From contig CBFIAK010000002.1 of assembly GCA_965660445.1 (NCBI GenBank), forward strand, positions 8,235 through 72,234: a stretch of 64,000 nt of DNA. The letters run 5' to 3'. Shown here piece by piece: positions 37,861 to 48,599 of the stretch. The stretch's first letter is position 1; each line of letters begins with the position of its first letter. Source of the DNA: Patescibacteria group bacterium (lineage in GTDB: Bacteria > Patescibacteriota > Gracilibacteria > UBA4473). Under the pieces are notes generated by a model. The model saw only the letters and a list, made by a program, of their open reading frames with translations, was not told the DNA's origin and did no database searches. The position numbers and the translations under genes are program-made.

Positions 37861-40089
37861 GTCGCTAATAGATTGGTTTATAAACTCAAGTCCTTCCGTA
37901 ATACTATAGTTTTGATTACTTTGTTTTTGTGCACGATTGAGGAGTATGGTTATATCGGATAGTTGTTCTGATTCTTTGTTGAATAAAAAATGTATTCTTG
38001 ATTCTCGGTGTATTACGTCTTGAATTTTAAATTGTGTGTATTCCCAGTTTGTAATTTCTATATGAGATTTATTGATTCGGAGTCCATATGCGTTAAAAAG
38101 TTGAATAATGTTATTTTTTACCTGTAGTGCTTGTTGAGTTTCTTGAGGAATTCGAATGTTTATTGAACTTGGTTCTGTTGACGAAGTATTCGTTTGATTA
38201 TTCCAAAATTTCTCGAGTATAAGTGGTTGAATAGTTTGTGCTCCACGAATATGAATGAGCGTGTTGTCTTCTTTTATATTCGTAAACACTTGAGATTTAT
38301 AATAAAACTGACCAGAAAGAGAAATTGTTCCTTTTTTGGCTTGTGAAAACTCAACTGATGGGTTTGCTCCATCGATTTCTTTTATTTGCATAGTATTTGT
38401 TTCCCATCCGTTTTTTTCTAAAAATGTAAAGAGATCATCAGTATTATTTATCCCTCCTATGTGCTTTGGAACAGTTTCTATTTGAGGAATGATCCGCTCA
38501 CCTCCTATTGTATAATTTTTTTGTTCTTCTTCTTGTTCTTTTATTCTTTGTATTGATTCTGTATTTATGTTTCCGTCTCCAATTTTTTTAATAATTTGGA
38601 TTATATCTCGTTCGGTTTGCGTAAAAATTGTAATTTTTAAATCAGCCTCAATAGAATCAATATTGAGTATTCTATATGACTGCATCAGCGTACTTAATGG
38701 AATGGTATGCATACGCGCGGCAATAGATTTTTCAATAAAAACCATGATGTCTTTTCCATTTTCAAGAATGAGTTCTTGTCTTTTTTCAAGATGATTTTCT
38801 GTGTCTAATTCTGTTTCAATAAGTATTTTATGAGTTTCAAATGTATCTTCGTTTTGTAATTGTGTATGGAGTTGAAGGTTTTCACTGAGCAGTCTTCGAA
38901 TCCGTGTGTATGTTTGAGTTGGAATGGTTTTCTTGAGTTGTGGGTTTGTTTCAATCATTTTTTTTATATTGATGATTGATTCTTTTGCTTCATTCCATTG
39001 TTTTTCAAAAATAAATACTTCTGCGGTGTTCCAGAGTGTCGATATATTTTCATCGCTATAAAAAAACATATACAGTTCGTTTGAAGGATTTAAACTAGCA
39101 CGCCAAAACTTATAGATATGTTGATACGTTTCCCACATATCCTTGTATTTGGGTAGATTATTCAGTGCATCTTTGAGTATAAGTTGGTTCTCTGTTGATT
39201 CAAACATTGATTTTTGTGTTTGTGCTGTTTCGAAATCTCCTTCTTGTAAGGCATTCAAGAATACAAAAAATGGTTTTATTGATTTGAAAAATGCATCTTC
39301 ATTTTTTTCTGATTGAGAGAGTCCTACCGCATTTTTTTGAAGTGATTGAATTGATTCAATGTTTTGTGAAATTGTTTGATAAAAAATTCCTTCTTTTGAT
39401 TGTTGTATGAACTCGGATACGAGGTTTCTTCGTTCTTGTATCCTTTTTTGAGTAGGTTGTGCAAGTGCTAAAAGTTCTGGTTCTGTTGTATTAGGACGCA
39501 GTCTTAATAACTTTTTTAGTTTTGAATAAAACAAAATACCCGTTCTCTCAGAAATAAACCGTTCATTTATGAGTACATTCATGCCCGAAGGAACAATAAA
39601 TGGTTCTTGTATACCATCAAATAAAAGCTCAATTGATTGTCCTTCATTGACAATAGAAATGCTGTGTTCTTGTTTTTGAATGACCAGCGTGCTTTTTGGG
39701 TTTCGTATTCGTATTTTTCCGACGAATATCTCGTTTTTTCCAATTGATGATTGTGACTGTAAAAATGGGAATGTATGGATGCTTTTTTCGGGGTTTGAAA
39801 AATATGTACTCCATATAAGTGTTCCGTTGTTGAGCATTCTTTCGTTTTGGTTCCAGTCAGTATTATTGTCGAGTTTCTCAAATAATTCTCCATTCGTATC
39901 CCATATTTCAGCAGGAAAACTTCCGCCATTTTCTTCAAATGTTTTCCATGTATCTCTTTCTGATTGTGTAAGAGACCAGATTTTGACTGTATTCAAATTT
40001 ATCGGCTTTTTGTCTTGCACTATAAAGAGGATGCTATAGAGGCATCCCACAATACAGGCAAGAATTTGAAGTGTTTTTGTTTTCATCAA
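37846..40089 (-). CDS. Large hypothetical protein with a single N-terminal TM anchor
   Basis: 747 aa. N-terminal LQILACIVGCLYSILFIV anchor, the rest predicted extracytoplasmic. No recognisable motif. Its 3' end overlaps ftsE convergently by 15 nt. Confidence 0.6.
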   Translation of the reverse strand: MMKTKTLQILACIVGCLYSILFIVQDKKPINLNTVKIWSLTQSERDTWKTFEENGGSFPAEIWDTNGELFEKLDNNTDWNQNERMLNNGTLIWSTYFSNPEKSIHTFPFLQSQSSIGKNEIFVGKIRIRNPKSTLVIQKQEHSISIVNEGQSIELLFDGIQEPFIVPSGMNVLINERFISERTGILFYSKLKKLLRLRPNTTEPELLALAQPTQKRIQERRNLVSEFIQQSKEGIFYQTISQNIESIQSLQKNAVGLSQSEKNEDAFFKSIKPFFVFLNALQEGDFETAQTQKSMFESTENQLILKDALNNLPKYKDMWETYQHIYKFWRASLNPSNELYMFFYSDENISTLWNTAEVFIFEKQWNEAKESIINIKKMIETNPQLKKTIPTQTYTRIRRLLSENLQLHTQLQNEDTFETHKILIETELDTENHLEKRQELILENGKDIMVFIEKSIAARMHTIPLSTLMQSYRILNIDSIEADLKITIFTQTERDIIQIIKKIGDGNINTESIQRIKEQEEEQKNYTIGGERIIPQIETVPKHIGGINNTDDLFTFLEKNGWETNTMQIKEIDGANPSVEFSQAKKGTISLSGQFYYKSQVFTNIKEDNTLIHIRGAQTIQPLILEKFWNNQTNTSSTEPSSINIRIPQETQQALQVKNNIIQLFNAYGLRINKSHIEITNWEYTQFKIQDVIHRESRIHFLFNKESEQLSDITILLNRAQKQSNQNYSITEGLEFINQSISDSQTQ

Positions 40090-40222
40090 AAAGACGTATG
40101 AAATCCCACCATTATACCATATATCTATTCTTTATTCAAACAAAACAATCTTTTTTTGTGTATCAAGATCGATTTGTTTTTTTTAAGTTTCATTTATTTC
40201 TTTTTTATGATATAATAGGAGG

Positions 40223-41362
40223 ATGTCTGAATTCATTCAATTCCTTACCTCATCTTCATTCTTGCTTTATGCAAGTATGAGTTTAGTGCCAATACTCGGA
40301 TGGATTTATTTCGCCCAACGGCTTCATCATGAACGTCGATGGTATGTTTTTATAACATTTCTTGCGGGAATGCTTTCTGTGCTCCCGATTAAACTCTATG
40401 AGCGATATTTTCATTTTGGAGTACTGTATCTTGAACATACGAACCTATTTACGTATTTAGGGGATCTTTTCTTTAGTCCTTCTCTTCCAACACTTTTAGC
40501 ATATGTTTTCGTAAACGGAGTTGTAGCACTTGCTCTGTTTTTTTTCTCAGCGTTCCTTCTTTTTCTTCTTGAGATTCTTACAGGAGATAATACAATTCGA
40601 GTTTTTCAGAACAAGTTTCAGAAAATACTAGAAATGCCTTTTATTTTTCTGTTTATTGGTTTTTTCATTGGTTTGTGTTCATACTTCTTTTCTTCTTTTA
40701 CGGGAAATGTATCTTGGTTTGGATATGAAGTATCTCAAACAGTCTCTTTCTTTCTCGTCGTTGGGATGCTTGAAGAATATATTAAACACCTTATGCTTCG
40801 GTTTTCAGATGAAGAAAAAATAGAAACCGTTGATGATGCTGTTTCGTTTTCTATTATCATTGCTCTTGGGTTTGCGTTTGTGGAAAACATTATGTATCTG
40901 AATAATTTTTCTTACAGCTATAACTCTCTTGCTTCATTTTTAGTACTTTTCTTTTTAAGAGCCGTTATTCCAGTAGCCGCTCATATATCTTTTTCTGCTA
41001 TTGTTGGATACTTTTATGGTATTGCTTTATTCGCAAATGATATTGTGCGTGATGAAGTGTTTCGTGCACAACACAAAGTACTCGTAAAAGTTCATAAAAT
41101 CGTTCATTTAAAAACATCAACATTATTTCATGAAGAAAAAATATTTGAAGGTCTTTTTATTGCCATGATTGTCCATACTATTTTCAATTTATTACTTCAA
41201 TTTACGACTATTTGGGTTGTTCTTCCGTTTTTAGTGATTTGTATGCTTTTTACTATTTCATTTTTTGATTCTCTTCATTTTTATAGAAAACATAAGTACC
41301 TAAAAGAAGATACATCAATGCCAATACTACTCGATAAAGATCCTGTACTTTTAGATCGTTAG
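40223..41362 (+). CDS. PrsW-family intramembrane metalloprotease
   Basis: Polytopic protein with EEYIKH (EExxK), FAFVENIMY (FxxxEN), AAHISFSAIVGY and IVHTIFN (HxxxN), the four PrsW signature motifs. Confidence 0.7.
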   Translation: MSEFIQFLTSSSFLLYASMSLVPILGWIYFAQRLHHERRWYVFITFLAGMLSVLPIKLYERYFHFGVLYLEHTNLFTYLGDLFFSPSLPTLLAYVFVNGVVALALFFFSAFLLFLLEILTGDNTIRVFQNKFQKILEMPFIFLFIGFFIGLCSYFFSSFTGNVSWFGYEVSQTVSFFLVVGMLEEYIKHLMLRFSDEEKIETVDDAVSFSIIIALGFAFVENIMYLNNFSYSYNSLASFLVLFFLRAVIPVAAHISFSAIVGYFYGIALFANDIVRDEVFRAQHKVLVKVHKIVHLKTSTLFHEEKIFEGLFIAMIVHTIFNLLLQFTTIWVVLPFLVICMLFTISFFDSLHFYRKHKYLKEDTSMPILLDKDPVLLDR

Positions 41363-42309
41363 TGACTTATATGTTTTATACGGTGGAGAATGTGATTATG
41401 GGGATGGTTATGGTGATGTAATTGTGTAAGAATAAGCCCTGTAAAAATGCATAAACCTCCCCATATATGATGCGAAAAAAGCATTTCTCCTAAAATAACA
41501 ACAGCAAAAAAAACACCAAAGAGGGGATTGAGTAGATACATAAGTGATGCTTGTGTTGCTGAAAGTATTTCGAGTGATTTATACCAGAGAATCTGAGCGC
41601 CCATTATTACTAGTAGTGCATAGAGGATGAGTGGTAATAAGACGGTTTCTTGAGTGAGTGCTTGAAAATTATGATTATGACTTGAAAAGAATGGGAAAAG
41701 TGTTGATAAAAAAATCGCACCTGTTGTGTTTCTGAGTAATACCACTATTTGTGGTTGAATATCGGATAAAAATCGTTTAAAAAGAGTATTACTCACAGCC
41801 GTTAGAAAACAAGCCATAGTTATAAAAATATATCCAATATTAACATCAAGTGTATTGATAGATCCTTTCATCGCAATAATTGCTAGTCCTATAAGTAAAC
41901 AAGTGAACCCTCCGATTTGTTGTGCACTTATACGTTCATTTAAAAATAAAACACCTAATACTCCTAAGAATATAGGACTCATGCCTCCGAGTAATACCGC
42001 TTCATTGGCTTGTATGTGTTGCAGTCCTGAAAATGACAAAAAAGGAATAATGACCCCTGATAAAATAGAAACAAGGAGAATCCATATTTTTTGTTTGTGG
42101 GGAATATGAAAAATTGTTTTTATTTCGGGTACTACTCCAAAAAATAAAAGCAATACCAGAAGTGATAATGATTGTCCAAGAAGTATAAGTGTGTGTGGAG
42201 GAAAATGTTCTAACAGCATTTTCCCAAAAATAGAATAGAGTGAGAAAAATATCATAGCGGTTACTCCACTTCCTGTAGCAAAAAAGGTTCGTAATGATTG
42301 ATTATTCAT
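41359..42309 (-). CDS. EamA/DMT-superfamily transporter
   Basis: 316 aa, about 10 TM segments arranged as two similar halves, typical of EamA-domain proteins. Confidence 0.65.
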   Translation of the reverse strand: MNNQSLRTFFATGSGVTAMIFFSLYSIFGKMLLEHFPPHTLILLGQSLSLLVLLLFFGVVPEIKTIFHIPHKQKIWILLVSILSGVIIPFLSFSGLQHIQANEAVLLGGMSPIFLGVLGVLFLNERISAQQIGGFTCLLIGLAIIAMKGSINTLDVNIGYIFITMACFLTAVSNTLFKRFLSDIQPQIVVLLRNTTGAIFLSTLFPFFSSHNHNFQALTQETVLLPLILYALLVIMGAQILWYKSLEILSATQASLMYLLNPLFGVFFAVVILGEMLFSHHIWGGLCIFTGLILTQLHHHNHPHNHILHRIKHISH

Positions 42310-42321
42310 AGTTGTGCTCGT

Positions 42322-42774
42322 TTAAAACTCAGTATCGATAAAAACTTGATCACCTATTTTTCCTTGAAATGTATGAGCGTTTACTTCAAATACAAATCGA
42401 GCTTTCTCTTTTGGGTATGCATTTTCGCATTGTTTCTCACAGGGTGAATGTGTTTGTATATCAACAATCTGATGGTCTTTATTGATCCAAATAATATCCA
42501 GTGGAATAAGTGTATTTTTCATCCAGAATGTATAGTAATCTTCTGTATCAAATACAAAAAGCATACCATGATTTGGGTCAAGGAATTCTCGGTTCATAAG
42601 TCCTTTCATTTTTTCTTCGGGGGTTTGAGCGATTTCAGCAGTCCATGTTTGTGAACCGATACGAACAGAAGTTGTTTGCATTGATGTACGAGATAAAAAG
42701 AACGCAGAAATAAAGCTTCCTACGCAGAGAAGAAAGAAGAGTAATCCAATATATGTTTTTGCTTTTGTTCCCAC
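42322..42774 (-). CDS. DUF192-family secreted protein
   Basis: N-terminal anchor plus GLMNR..L....GMLFVF......FWMKNT.IPLDIIWI, the DUF192 core. Confidence 0.65.
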   Translation of the reverse strand: MGTKAKTYIGLLFFLLCVGSFISAFFLSRTSMQTTSVRIGSQTWTAEIAQTPEEKMKGLMNREFLDPNHGMLFVFDTEDYYTFWMKNTLIPLDIIWINKDHQIVDIQTHSPCEKQCENAYPKEKARFVFEVNAHTFQGKIGDQVFIDTEF

Positions 42775-42858
42775 GTTTCTGAGTATACGATTTTTTTATT
42801 TTTATAACAATACTTTGTAAAACTTGTTTATTTTTGGTATTCTACCAAACGATTTTTC

Positions 42859-43458
42859 ATGGTTAAACGTGTTCGAGCTCATGTTAATCCACTTTCTGTC
42901 TTAAAAGAATATGATTTTGAGGGATTTTCGAATAGGTATCCAATAGTCATTGATATTGGTTCCTTTAAGGGTGAGTTTGTAGAATCACTCGCATTACAAC
43001 ATCCTCGTAAAAACTATATTGCTTTTGAAATACGAGTGCCGATTGCGCAGTTTTTAAAACAAAAATTTAAATCGTTCGATAATGTTGTTGTTTTTGATGG
43101 CGATGCAGGAAGAAACCTAAAATCGATTCTTCTTTCATCATTAGAAAAGAATATTCCTATTGAAACTATTTATATCAATTTTCCAGATCCTTGGTTTAAA
43201 GAAAAACATAAGAAACGACGATTTATAACTTCATCGTCGTTAGCGTATTTTTCGACTTTTATCCCAAAAGAAACCGTGTTTGTGTTTCAAACCGATCAAC
43301 AATTCCTTTTTGAAGAAACGAAAGAGATCATTACTCATTCTGTCTATAACCATATTGAATATTTTGATGACTCTCCTTTTGGAGTTCGGACTGATTGGGA
43401 GCAATCAAAAATAGAACAAGGATTTCCTATTTATCGATTAAAGTTTTGGCGTGATTAA
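42859..43458 (+). CDS. trmB: tRNA (guanine46-N7)-methyltransferase
   Basis: IDIGSFKGEF (SAM-binding site) and INFPDPWFKEKHKKRR (TrmB signature). Confidence 0.85.
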   Translation: MVKRVRAHVNPLSVLKEYDFEGFSNRYPIVIDIGSFKGEFVESLALQHPRKNYIAFEIRVPIAQFLKQKFKSFDNVVVFDGDAGRNLKSILLSSLEKNIPIETIYINFPDPWFKEKHKKRRFITSSSLAYFSTFIPKETVFVFQTDQQFLFEETKEIITHSVYNHIEYFDDSPFGVRTDWEQSKIEQGFPIYRLKFWRD

Positions 43459-43909
43459 CAGAAAAAGAAAACAAGAACTGTCGAGAAAATCGACCATTGT
43501 TGTATTTTTGACAACACGCTTTGCACGCAATCATTCTTTTTTTATGAGCTTTGTGTTTTATGGCGCATTGTGGGCAAGTGATTGTGTATTTCGCAATTGA
43601 TGTTTGAATGTCACCAGTGTGGTATCGCACTTTTCCGTTTCCACCTATGCGTATAAGGGTTTCTTTCCAGATACGGTTATGTTTGTTTTCATGTCCAGCA
43701 AGTACATGGGCAATTTCATGAAGAATGGTTTGAGTGACGACTTCTTCGTCATTGATTTCTGTTAATGGGCGGGAGAGTGTTATCATTTTTTTTCCGTACC
43801 AGCAACATCCTAATCGGGTTTTTGCACGATCAAATCCAAACGTCCAGTCAGAAAGATTATGGATAGCGAGCAGTTTTTCTGCTTTTTGTTGAGCATCATC
43901 AAGGTTCAT
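43427..43909 (-). CDS. SprT-like zinc metalloprotease with C-terminal Zn ribbon
   Basis: ILHEIAHVLAGHENKH (HExxH) and CPQC....CKACC cysteine pairs. Its 3' end overlaps trmB convergently by 32 nt. Confidence 0.7.
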   Translation of the reverse strand: MNLDDAQQKAEKLLAIHNLSDWTFGFDRAKTRLGCCWYGKKMITLSRPLTEINDEEVVTQTILHEIAHVLAGHENKHNRIWKETLIRIGGNGKVRYHTGDIQTSIAKYTITCPQCAIKHKAHKKRMIACKACCQKYNNGRFSRQFLFSFSVNHAKTLIDK

Positions 43910-44403
43910 GTAATTGATTGGGTATAGTGATATTTGTGGAGTATGAGTTGTGGGAAATCAATAACAAAATAAAATCCGTCATCCGCTAGAGCTCCAGGGT
44001 TTAAAAAAAGCGTACCTCCTTTTTTTTCAATTCTGATGCGATGAGTATGTCCATGAAAGATTATATCGGGAGAACTTTTTTGTGTATGGGATATTGCATC
44101 AGACTCTTTATGTGCCGCAAGGAAAGAAACACCCTCAATATTTTTCTGAATATATGATTGACATTCAACATTGGGCAAAGCCTCTAATTGTTGAGCAATG
44201 GTATCATCAATATCCCAGTTTCCTCTCGTAATCCAAATAGTTATCCGTTGGTATTTCTGACAAACAGCAAGAAAATCATCTGTAAAACAGTCGCCACAGT
44301 GAAGAAGCGTATCAATGCCTGCTTTTTCTATATTTTGCATCGCTTGTGAAAACCGATCAGTGCTACTGTGAGAATCAGAAAGAACGACAATACGTTGGCT
44401 CAT
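43906..44403 (-). CDS. YfcE/MJ0936-type metallophosphoesterase
   Basis: IVVLSDSHS, HCGD, GNWD and FHGHTH, the calcineurin-like phosphoesterase motifs in the canonical order. Confidence 0.8.
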   Translation of the reverse strand: MSQRIVVLSDSHSSTDRFSQAMQNIEKAGIDTLLHCGDCFTDDFLAVCQKYQRITIWITRGNWDIDDTIAQQLEALPNVECQSYIQKNIEGVSFLAAHKESDAISHTQKSSPDIIFHGHTHRIRIEKKGGTLFLNPGALADDGFYFVIDFPQLILHKYHYTQSIT

Positions 44404-44411
44404 ATAATGAA

Positions 44412-45479
44412 TTATGGTGTATAGGGGGAGAGTTTTGGACGTAATCGGCTTTTATAAACACTTAAACCAGATGAAGTTCGTGCTCGTCGTTTTTTTTGTT
44501 CTTCAATGGGGAGTTTATTTATTTCCTGACACTCTTTTGTACAACAGTTTTCGAATTGTGCCTTACACGAAGAACACTGAATGAATAATAAATGACACGC
44601 ATCATTTTTACAATTGGTGTGATCATCACAAGGCGTACCACATTGATGGCATTGACTAATAATATCATCAGTAATGCGTTCTCCCATGCGTTCATCAAAT
44701 ACAAAGTTTTTTCCGATGTATTTTGACGGAATGCCTTCTTTTTTGCACTGATGAGCATAATAGATAATTCCTCCATAGAGCTGATTCACATCCTGAAATC
44801 CTTGGTGTTTTAAGTATGCACTTGCTTTTTCACATCGAACTCCTCCAGTACAATACAAGAGCACCTTTTTATCTTTTTTGTCTTTAAGTGCTTCGATTAC
44901 TAATGGAAGCTCTTCTCGAAATGTATCAGCATCAGGGCAGAGTGCGTTTTTAAAATGACCAATTTCACTTTCGTAATGATTTCTCATATCCACTACTATT
45001 GTATCAGGATTTTCAAGAGCCTCGTTAAATTCTCGAGCGGTAAGATGGTTTCCTACATCTGAAGCATTGAAAGTATCATCATTGAGTCCATCAGCAACAA
45101 TTTTCTTTTTCACAATTACTCGTAGTTTATAAAATGATTCATAGTCTTCAACAGCAATTTTTAAAGGCATATTTTTGAGTTCATCTTTTTCTTGAAGGTA
45201 TTGTGAAAAAGAATCCCAATGAGGTTCAGGAACATTTATTTGTGCATTTATACCTTCTTGGGCTACGTAAACACGCCCCAATACACCGAGTGCATTCCAA
45301 TCTTTATACAGTTGATTTCTGTATTCTTGAGGGTTTTCAATAGCTACATATCGATAAAAAGAGACGGTTCGTCTTGCAAACGATTCATTACGGATTTCTT
45401 CAAGGAGTTGCGCTTTGCTTTTGCGATTATGAAGAAAAACAGTTTTTGATTTAATCTTTTTCATGGGCAATATGTTCAA
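44412..45479 (-). CDS. trhO: Rhodanese-domain tRNA uridine(34) hydroxylase (UPF0176/YceA family)
   Basis: FYRYV, GRVYVAQEGINAQI, DMRN.YE...GHFKNA, YCTGGVRCEKASAYL, and a C-terminal Cys-rich tail. Confidence 0.85.
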   Translation of the reverse strand: MNILPMKKIKSKTVFLHNRKSKAQLLEEIRNESFARRTVSFYRYVAIENPQEYRNQLYKDWNALGVLGRVYVAQEGINAQINVPEPHWDSFSQYLQEKDELKNMPLKIAVEDYESFYKLRVIVKKKIVADGLNDDTFNASDVGNHLTAREFNEALENPDTIVVDMRNHYESEIGHFKNALCPDADTFREELPLVIEALKDKKDKKVLLYCTGGVRCEKASAYLKHQGFQDVNQLYGGIIYYAHQCKKEGIPSKYIGKNFVFDERMGERITDDIISQCHQCGTPCDDHTNCKNDACHLLFIQCSSCKAQFENCCTKECQEINKLPIEEQKKRRARTSSGLSVYKSRLRPKLSPYTP

Positions 45480-45524
45480 TACGCCCAGTATTTTAGTAAT
45501 TCTATATTTTTTTTCTAGTTTTTT

Positions 45525-46364
45525 TTAGATTTCATTATCAATAGTGTTTTCTATTTGTTCTCCAATTAAAATGAGTCTATTCTTGTTTGTTCCAATAGGC
45601 GTACAGGTCATGAGTGTGATGATTTTTACATCATCAGGTTGTTTGAGAACTTGTGTTGCAGTAGGGGGAACAACTTTCTTTGCTTTAATGAGATAGGTGT
45701 ATTTTTTTCCGTTCCAATAAACTTCAACAATTTCGTTCGTATTCATTTCATGAAGCAGTGCAAAAACATCTTTGAATCTTCCATTATCCCATGTGTAGTA
45801 AGATGAATGACCTGTGATAAATAAATTACCTTCTTTCTCAGGAGGCCGAGAGACTGGATGAACGACTACCCCATCTTGAAGTCCTTTTTGAATATTTGTT
45901 TCCAGTTGATTCCAGTTTTTGTGATGTGGGACGGTAATGAGTGGAACATTTTTATCTAAACTCGGAATATAAAGTCGGTTATCTGATGGATAAATATCCA
46001 TGTCACGAAAAACTCTTTTCGCTTCGTTTTTTGGTTTGAGTGCCGTACTTGCAAATAAAGGTTTCCGAGTGTTTTGCTGTACAAGGGTTACTTCTTTGAG
46101 TTTTTCTACTTGTGGAGTAAATGAATTTTCTGCTTTTACTTCGGCAATTCCTTTATTTTGAATTGCATCAATTTTAAATTCTGCAATTTGTGAATACGCA
46201 CTATAGTTTAAAGCAATATGACTTCCACCCCAAAAACACAAAACCGATAAAACAAATAAAGACATCTCTTTCCACATTGGTTTTCGTTTTTGAAGTTGAA
46301 ACCGAAACTGATTTCCAGAATTGTTATCTGTAGGAGATGTGTGCTTTATTTTTTTGTGATTCAT
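45525..46364 (-). CDS. Sortase (transpeptidase)
   Basis: N-terminal TM anchor, LFITGHSS (catalytic His), ITLMTCTP (TLxTC catalytic Cys) and a downstream NR (Arg). Confidence 0.85.
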   Translation of the reverse strand: MNHKKIKHTSPTDNNSGNQFRFQLQKRKPMWKEMSLFVLSVLCFWGGSHIALNYSAYSQIAEFKIDAIQNKGIAEVKAENSFTPQVEKLKEVTLVQQNTRKPLFASTALKPKNEAKRVFRDMDIYPSDNRLYIPSLDKNVPLITVPHHKNWNQLETNIQKGLQDGVVVHPVSRPPEKEGNLFITGHSSYYTWDNGRFKDVFALLHEMNTNEIVEVYWNGKKYTYLIKAKKVVPPTATQVLKQPDDVKIITLMTCTPIGTNKNRLILIGEQIENTIDNEI

Positions 46365-46458
46365 ATATCTGTTAAAAAGAAATCAGGATATTATACCTGA
46401 TTTTCTTATTTTTTTCAATGAAGATATATTGATTTATTGTTTTGATTGTAGTGAATTA

Positions 46459-48543
46459 CTACTCTTGTGATTCGGCTCGTCGGCGAAGTATTTCTTCTGG
46501 GTTACTGGTAATGATTCGGTCTTCTCCAAAACTTGCAATAATTTCAATAGCAACGTGTTGATTTCCAGCAAAGAAAAGCCCTTGTCCGACGGTTGAGTTT
46601 AAGAGGAGATATTTCTCTCCATCAGTGAGATTAAATACTTTTTTAAGTCTCTCAATAGCAACAGGGGCTTGCCTGAGAAGGAGTTGCATTGAAGAGTTTG
46701 TAATGATTGGTTTCCCCCATTTACTGTCTAAGAAATCTTCTACGTCTTGCGTGATAGTTGTAATTCCTAAGTAGTATTTCCGTGCTCGTTTAGTCAGATT
46801 ATGTAAAAATCGTCCAGAGTCTTCATATTGCACCATGTGCCATGCCTCATCAATAGCGAGTATCCGTTTTCGTAAATCAGATCGTACGCGGTTCCAAATA
46901 AAATTCAGAAGCATGTACATCGCAATCGGACGAAGTTGCTCTTCTAAATCACGAATACAAAAGACAATGAGTCCAGAATTTAAATCAACATTTGTTACAT
47001 CAGAAAAAAGTCCTGAAAATGTTCCTTTGGTGTATTTTTCCAGTCTTATGGCAAGATTTTTTGAACCATCAAGGGAATGGAGAACGTCTTCAAGATCAAC
47101 CATGGTCGGCATTTCGTATTCCCATGGGTTTTCAGTTTGAAGTGTGATTCCTTTGAGTTCATAGGTTTGTAAAATGGCTTTATCCATTAAGGCTTCTTCT
47201 TCAGGGGTGAGTTTTCCAAGCATGATATTAAGAAGCCCTAAAAGATTGATAGTGTTTTCTTTGATGAGTTCTCCTGGACGAATATCGTCTTTATCAATAG
47301 GAAGGGGAAGATCAAACGGATTGATTCGGTGATTTGATGTGAGCGAAATATGAACATAACTTCCACCAACTGTTTTTGCGAGTTCTTCGTATTCGTTTTC
47401 TGGATCAAGAACAATAACATCGGTTCCCATCATGAGAGACCGAAGAATTTCGAGTTTTACGGCATATGATTTACCAGCCCCAGATTTCGCAAATACAACT
47501 GCATTTGCATTTTCTAAATCAAATCGGTCAAAGATAATAAGAGAATTGTTATGTCGATTAATACCATACAAAATTCCACTATCAGTTGTAAGATCGTTTG
47601 ATACAAAAGGAAATGTTGTTGAAAGAGGAGAAGTGTTCATGTTGCGTGTTACCTCTAGCAGATCAACGCCTTGTGGAGTTGTTGATGTAAATCCTCGTTC
47701 CGTTCGAAAATCACTACTTCGAGTCATAACCAACTGTCCTCCAAGTATGGTTTCGATTTGTTTACTGGTTTCTTTTAGTTTTTCGTCTGATTCAGCATAA
47801 ACGGTTAAATACATTCCCACATGAAAAAATTTTTCCATACCACGTTGTAAATCGATTCGTAACTGTTGTGCATCTTCAAGTGCCGTATCTAAGGATGTAC
47901 TGTTTATTTTTCCTTGTTTTTCGTTTATGTGTTTTGTTGAAATCATTTCTACCACTTTTCGTCGCAGAACTTTCATAATTTTCGCGGAATCACGAGGATA
48001 CACAAAAAGCGATAAATCAAATGTTGCATCAAAGTTTATAATCGGATTAAGCCAGTTTGCTTCTAGATATCGTGGGTAGTTGTATACATAATATGTTCGT
48101 GCGTGAGCACTATTTATTTGAATACTATTCGTAGAAATCTCCATAGAAGATGGAGCGATAAGGTCTTTGACGGATATAATCCCTTCTCTATATTTTTTTT
48201 CTGATTCAATGATGCGTTTTCGCATTTCATTGGTCAGTTTTTTCTTGTCTCGTTTTGGATCAAAATTTTCAAAAAAGGCATCTAAGTCACCCATTTCTTT
48301 TTCTTTTTTTTCGTTTTCAGCTTTTTCGTTCTCAGCCTCTTCTTCTTTATCGGTTCCCCATTTTTTTCTTATTTTCTCAGCAATACCATACCCAAAAGTT
48401 CCTTTTTTCTCTTTACTGGCTATGACAATATCTTTTGTTTCTTTTTCTTCAGTTCCGTTATTCGGTTTGGTATTGTCTGTATCCACTTGAGGGGGGAGTG
48501 GTTGGTTGCTCTGAGATGTTGTTGTTTTTTGTTCTTCACTCAT
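46459..48543 (-). CDS. VirB4/TrbE/TraC-like type IV secretion ATPase
   Basis: VVFAKSGAGKSYAVK (Walker A) followed by VIVLDPENEY (compare the VirB4 DPKGEY motif), and RILAIDEAWHMV (Walker B). The N-terminal ~110 aa are a K/E-rich low-complexity extension. Confidence 0.75.
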   Translation of the reverse strand: MSEEQKTTTSQSNQPLPPQVDTDNTKPNNGTEEKETKDIVIASKEKKGTFGYGIAEKIRKKWGTDKEEEAENEKAENEKKEKEMGDLDAFFENFDPKRDKKKLTNEMRKRIIESEKKYREGIISVKDLIAPSSMEISTNSIQINSAHARTYYVYNYPRYLEANWLNPIINFDATFDLSLFVYPRDSAKIMKVLRRKVVEMISTKHINEKQGKINSTSLDTALEDAQQLRIDLQRGMEKFFHVGMYLTVYAESDEKLKETSKQIETILGGQLVMTRSSDFRTERGFTSTTPQGVDLLEVTRNMNTSPLSTTFPFVSNDLTTDSGILYGINRHNNSLIIFDRFDLENANAVVFAKSGAGKSYAVKLEILRSLMMGTDVIVLDPENEYEELAKTVGGSYVHISLTSNHRINPFDLPLPIDKDDIRPGELIKENTINLLGLLNIMLGKLTPEEEALMDKAILQTYELKGITLQTENPWEYEMPTMVDLEDVLHSLDGSKNLAIRLEKYTKGTFSGLFSDVTNVDLNSGLIVFCIRDLEEQLRPIAMYMLLNFIWNRVRSDLRKRILAIDEAWHMVQYEDSGRFLHNLTKRARKYYLGITTITQDVEDFLDSKWGKPIITNSSMQLLLRQAPVAIERLKKVFNLTDGEKYLLLNSTVGQGLFFAGNQHVAIEIIASFGEDRIITSNPEEILRRRAESQE

Positions 48544-48599
48544 GAGATATATATCATTTTATTATAGCACAGAGAGCCAGAAAATACAAACATTTTCCC

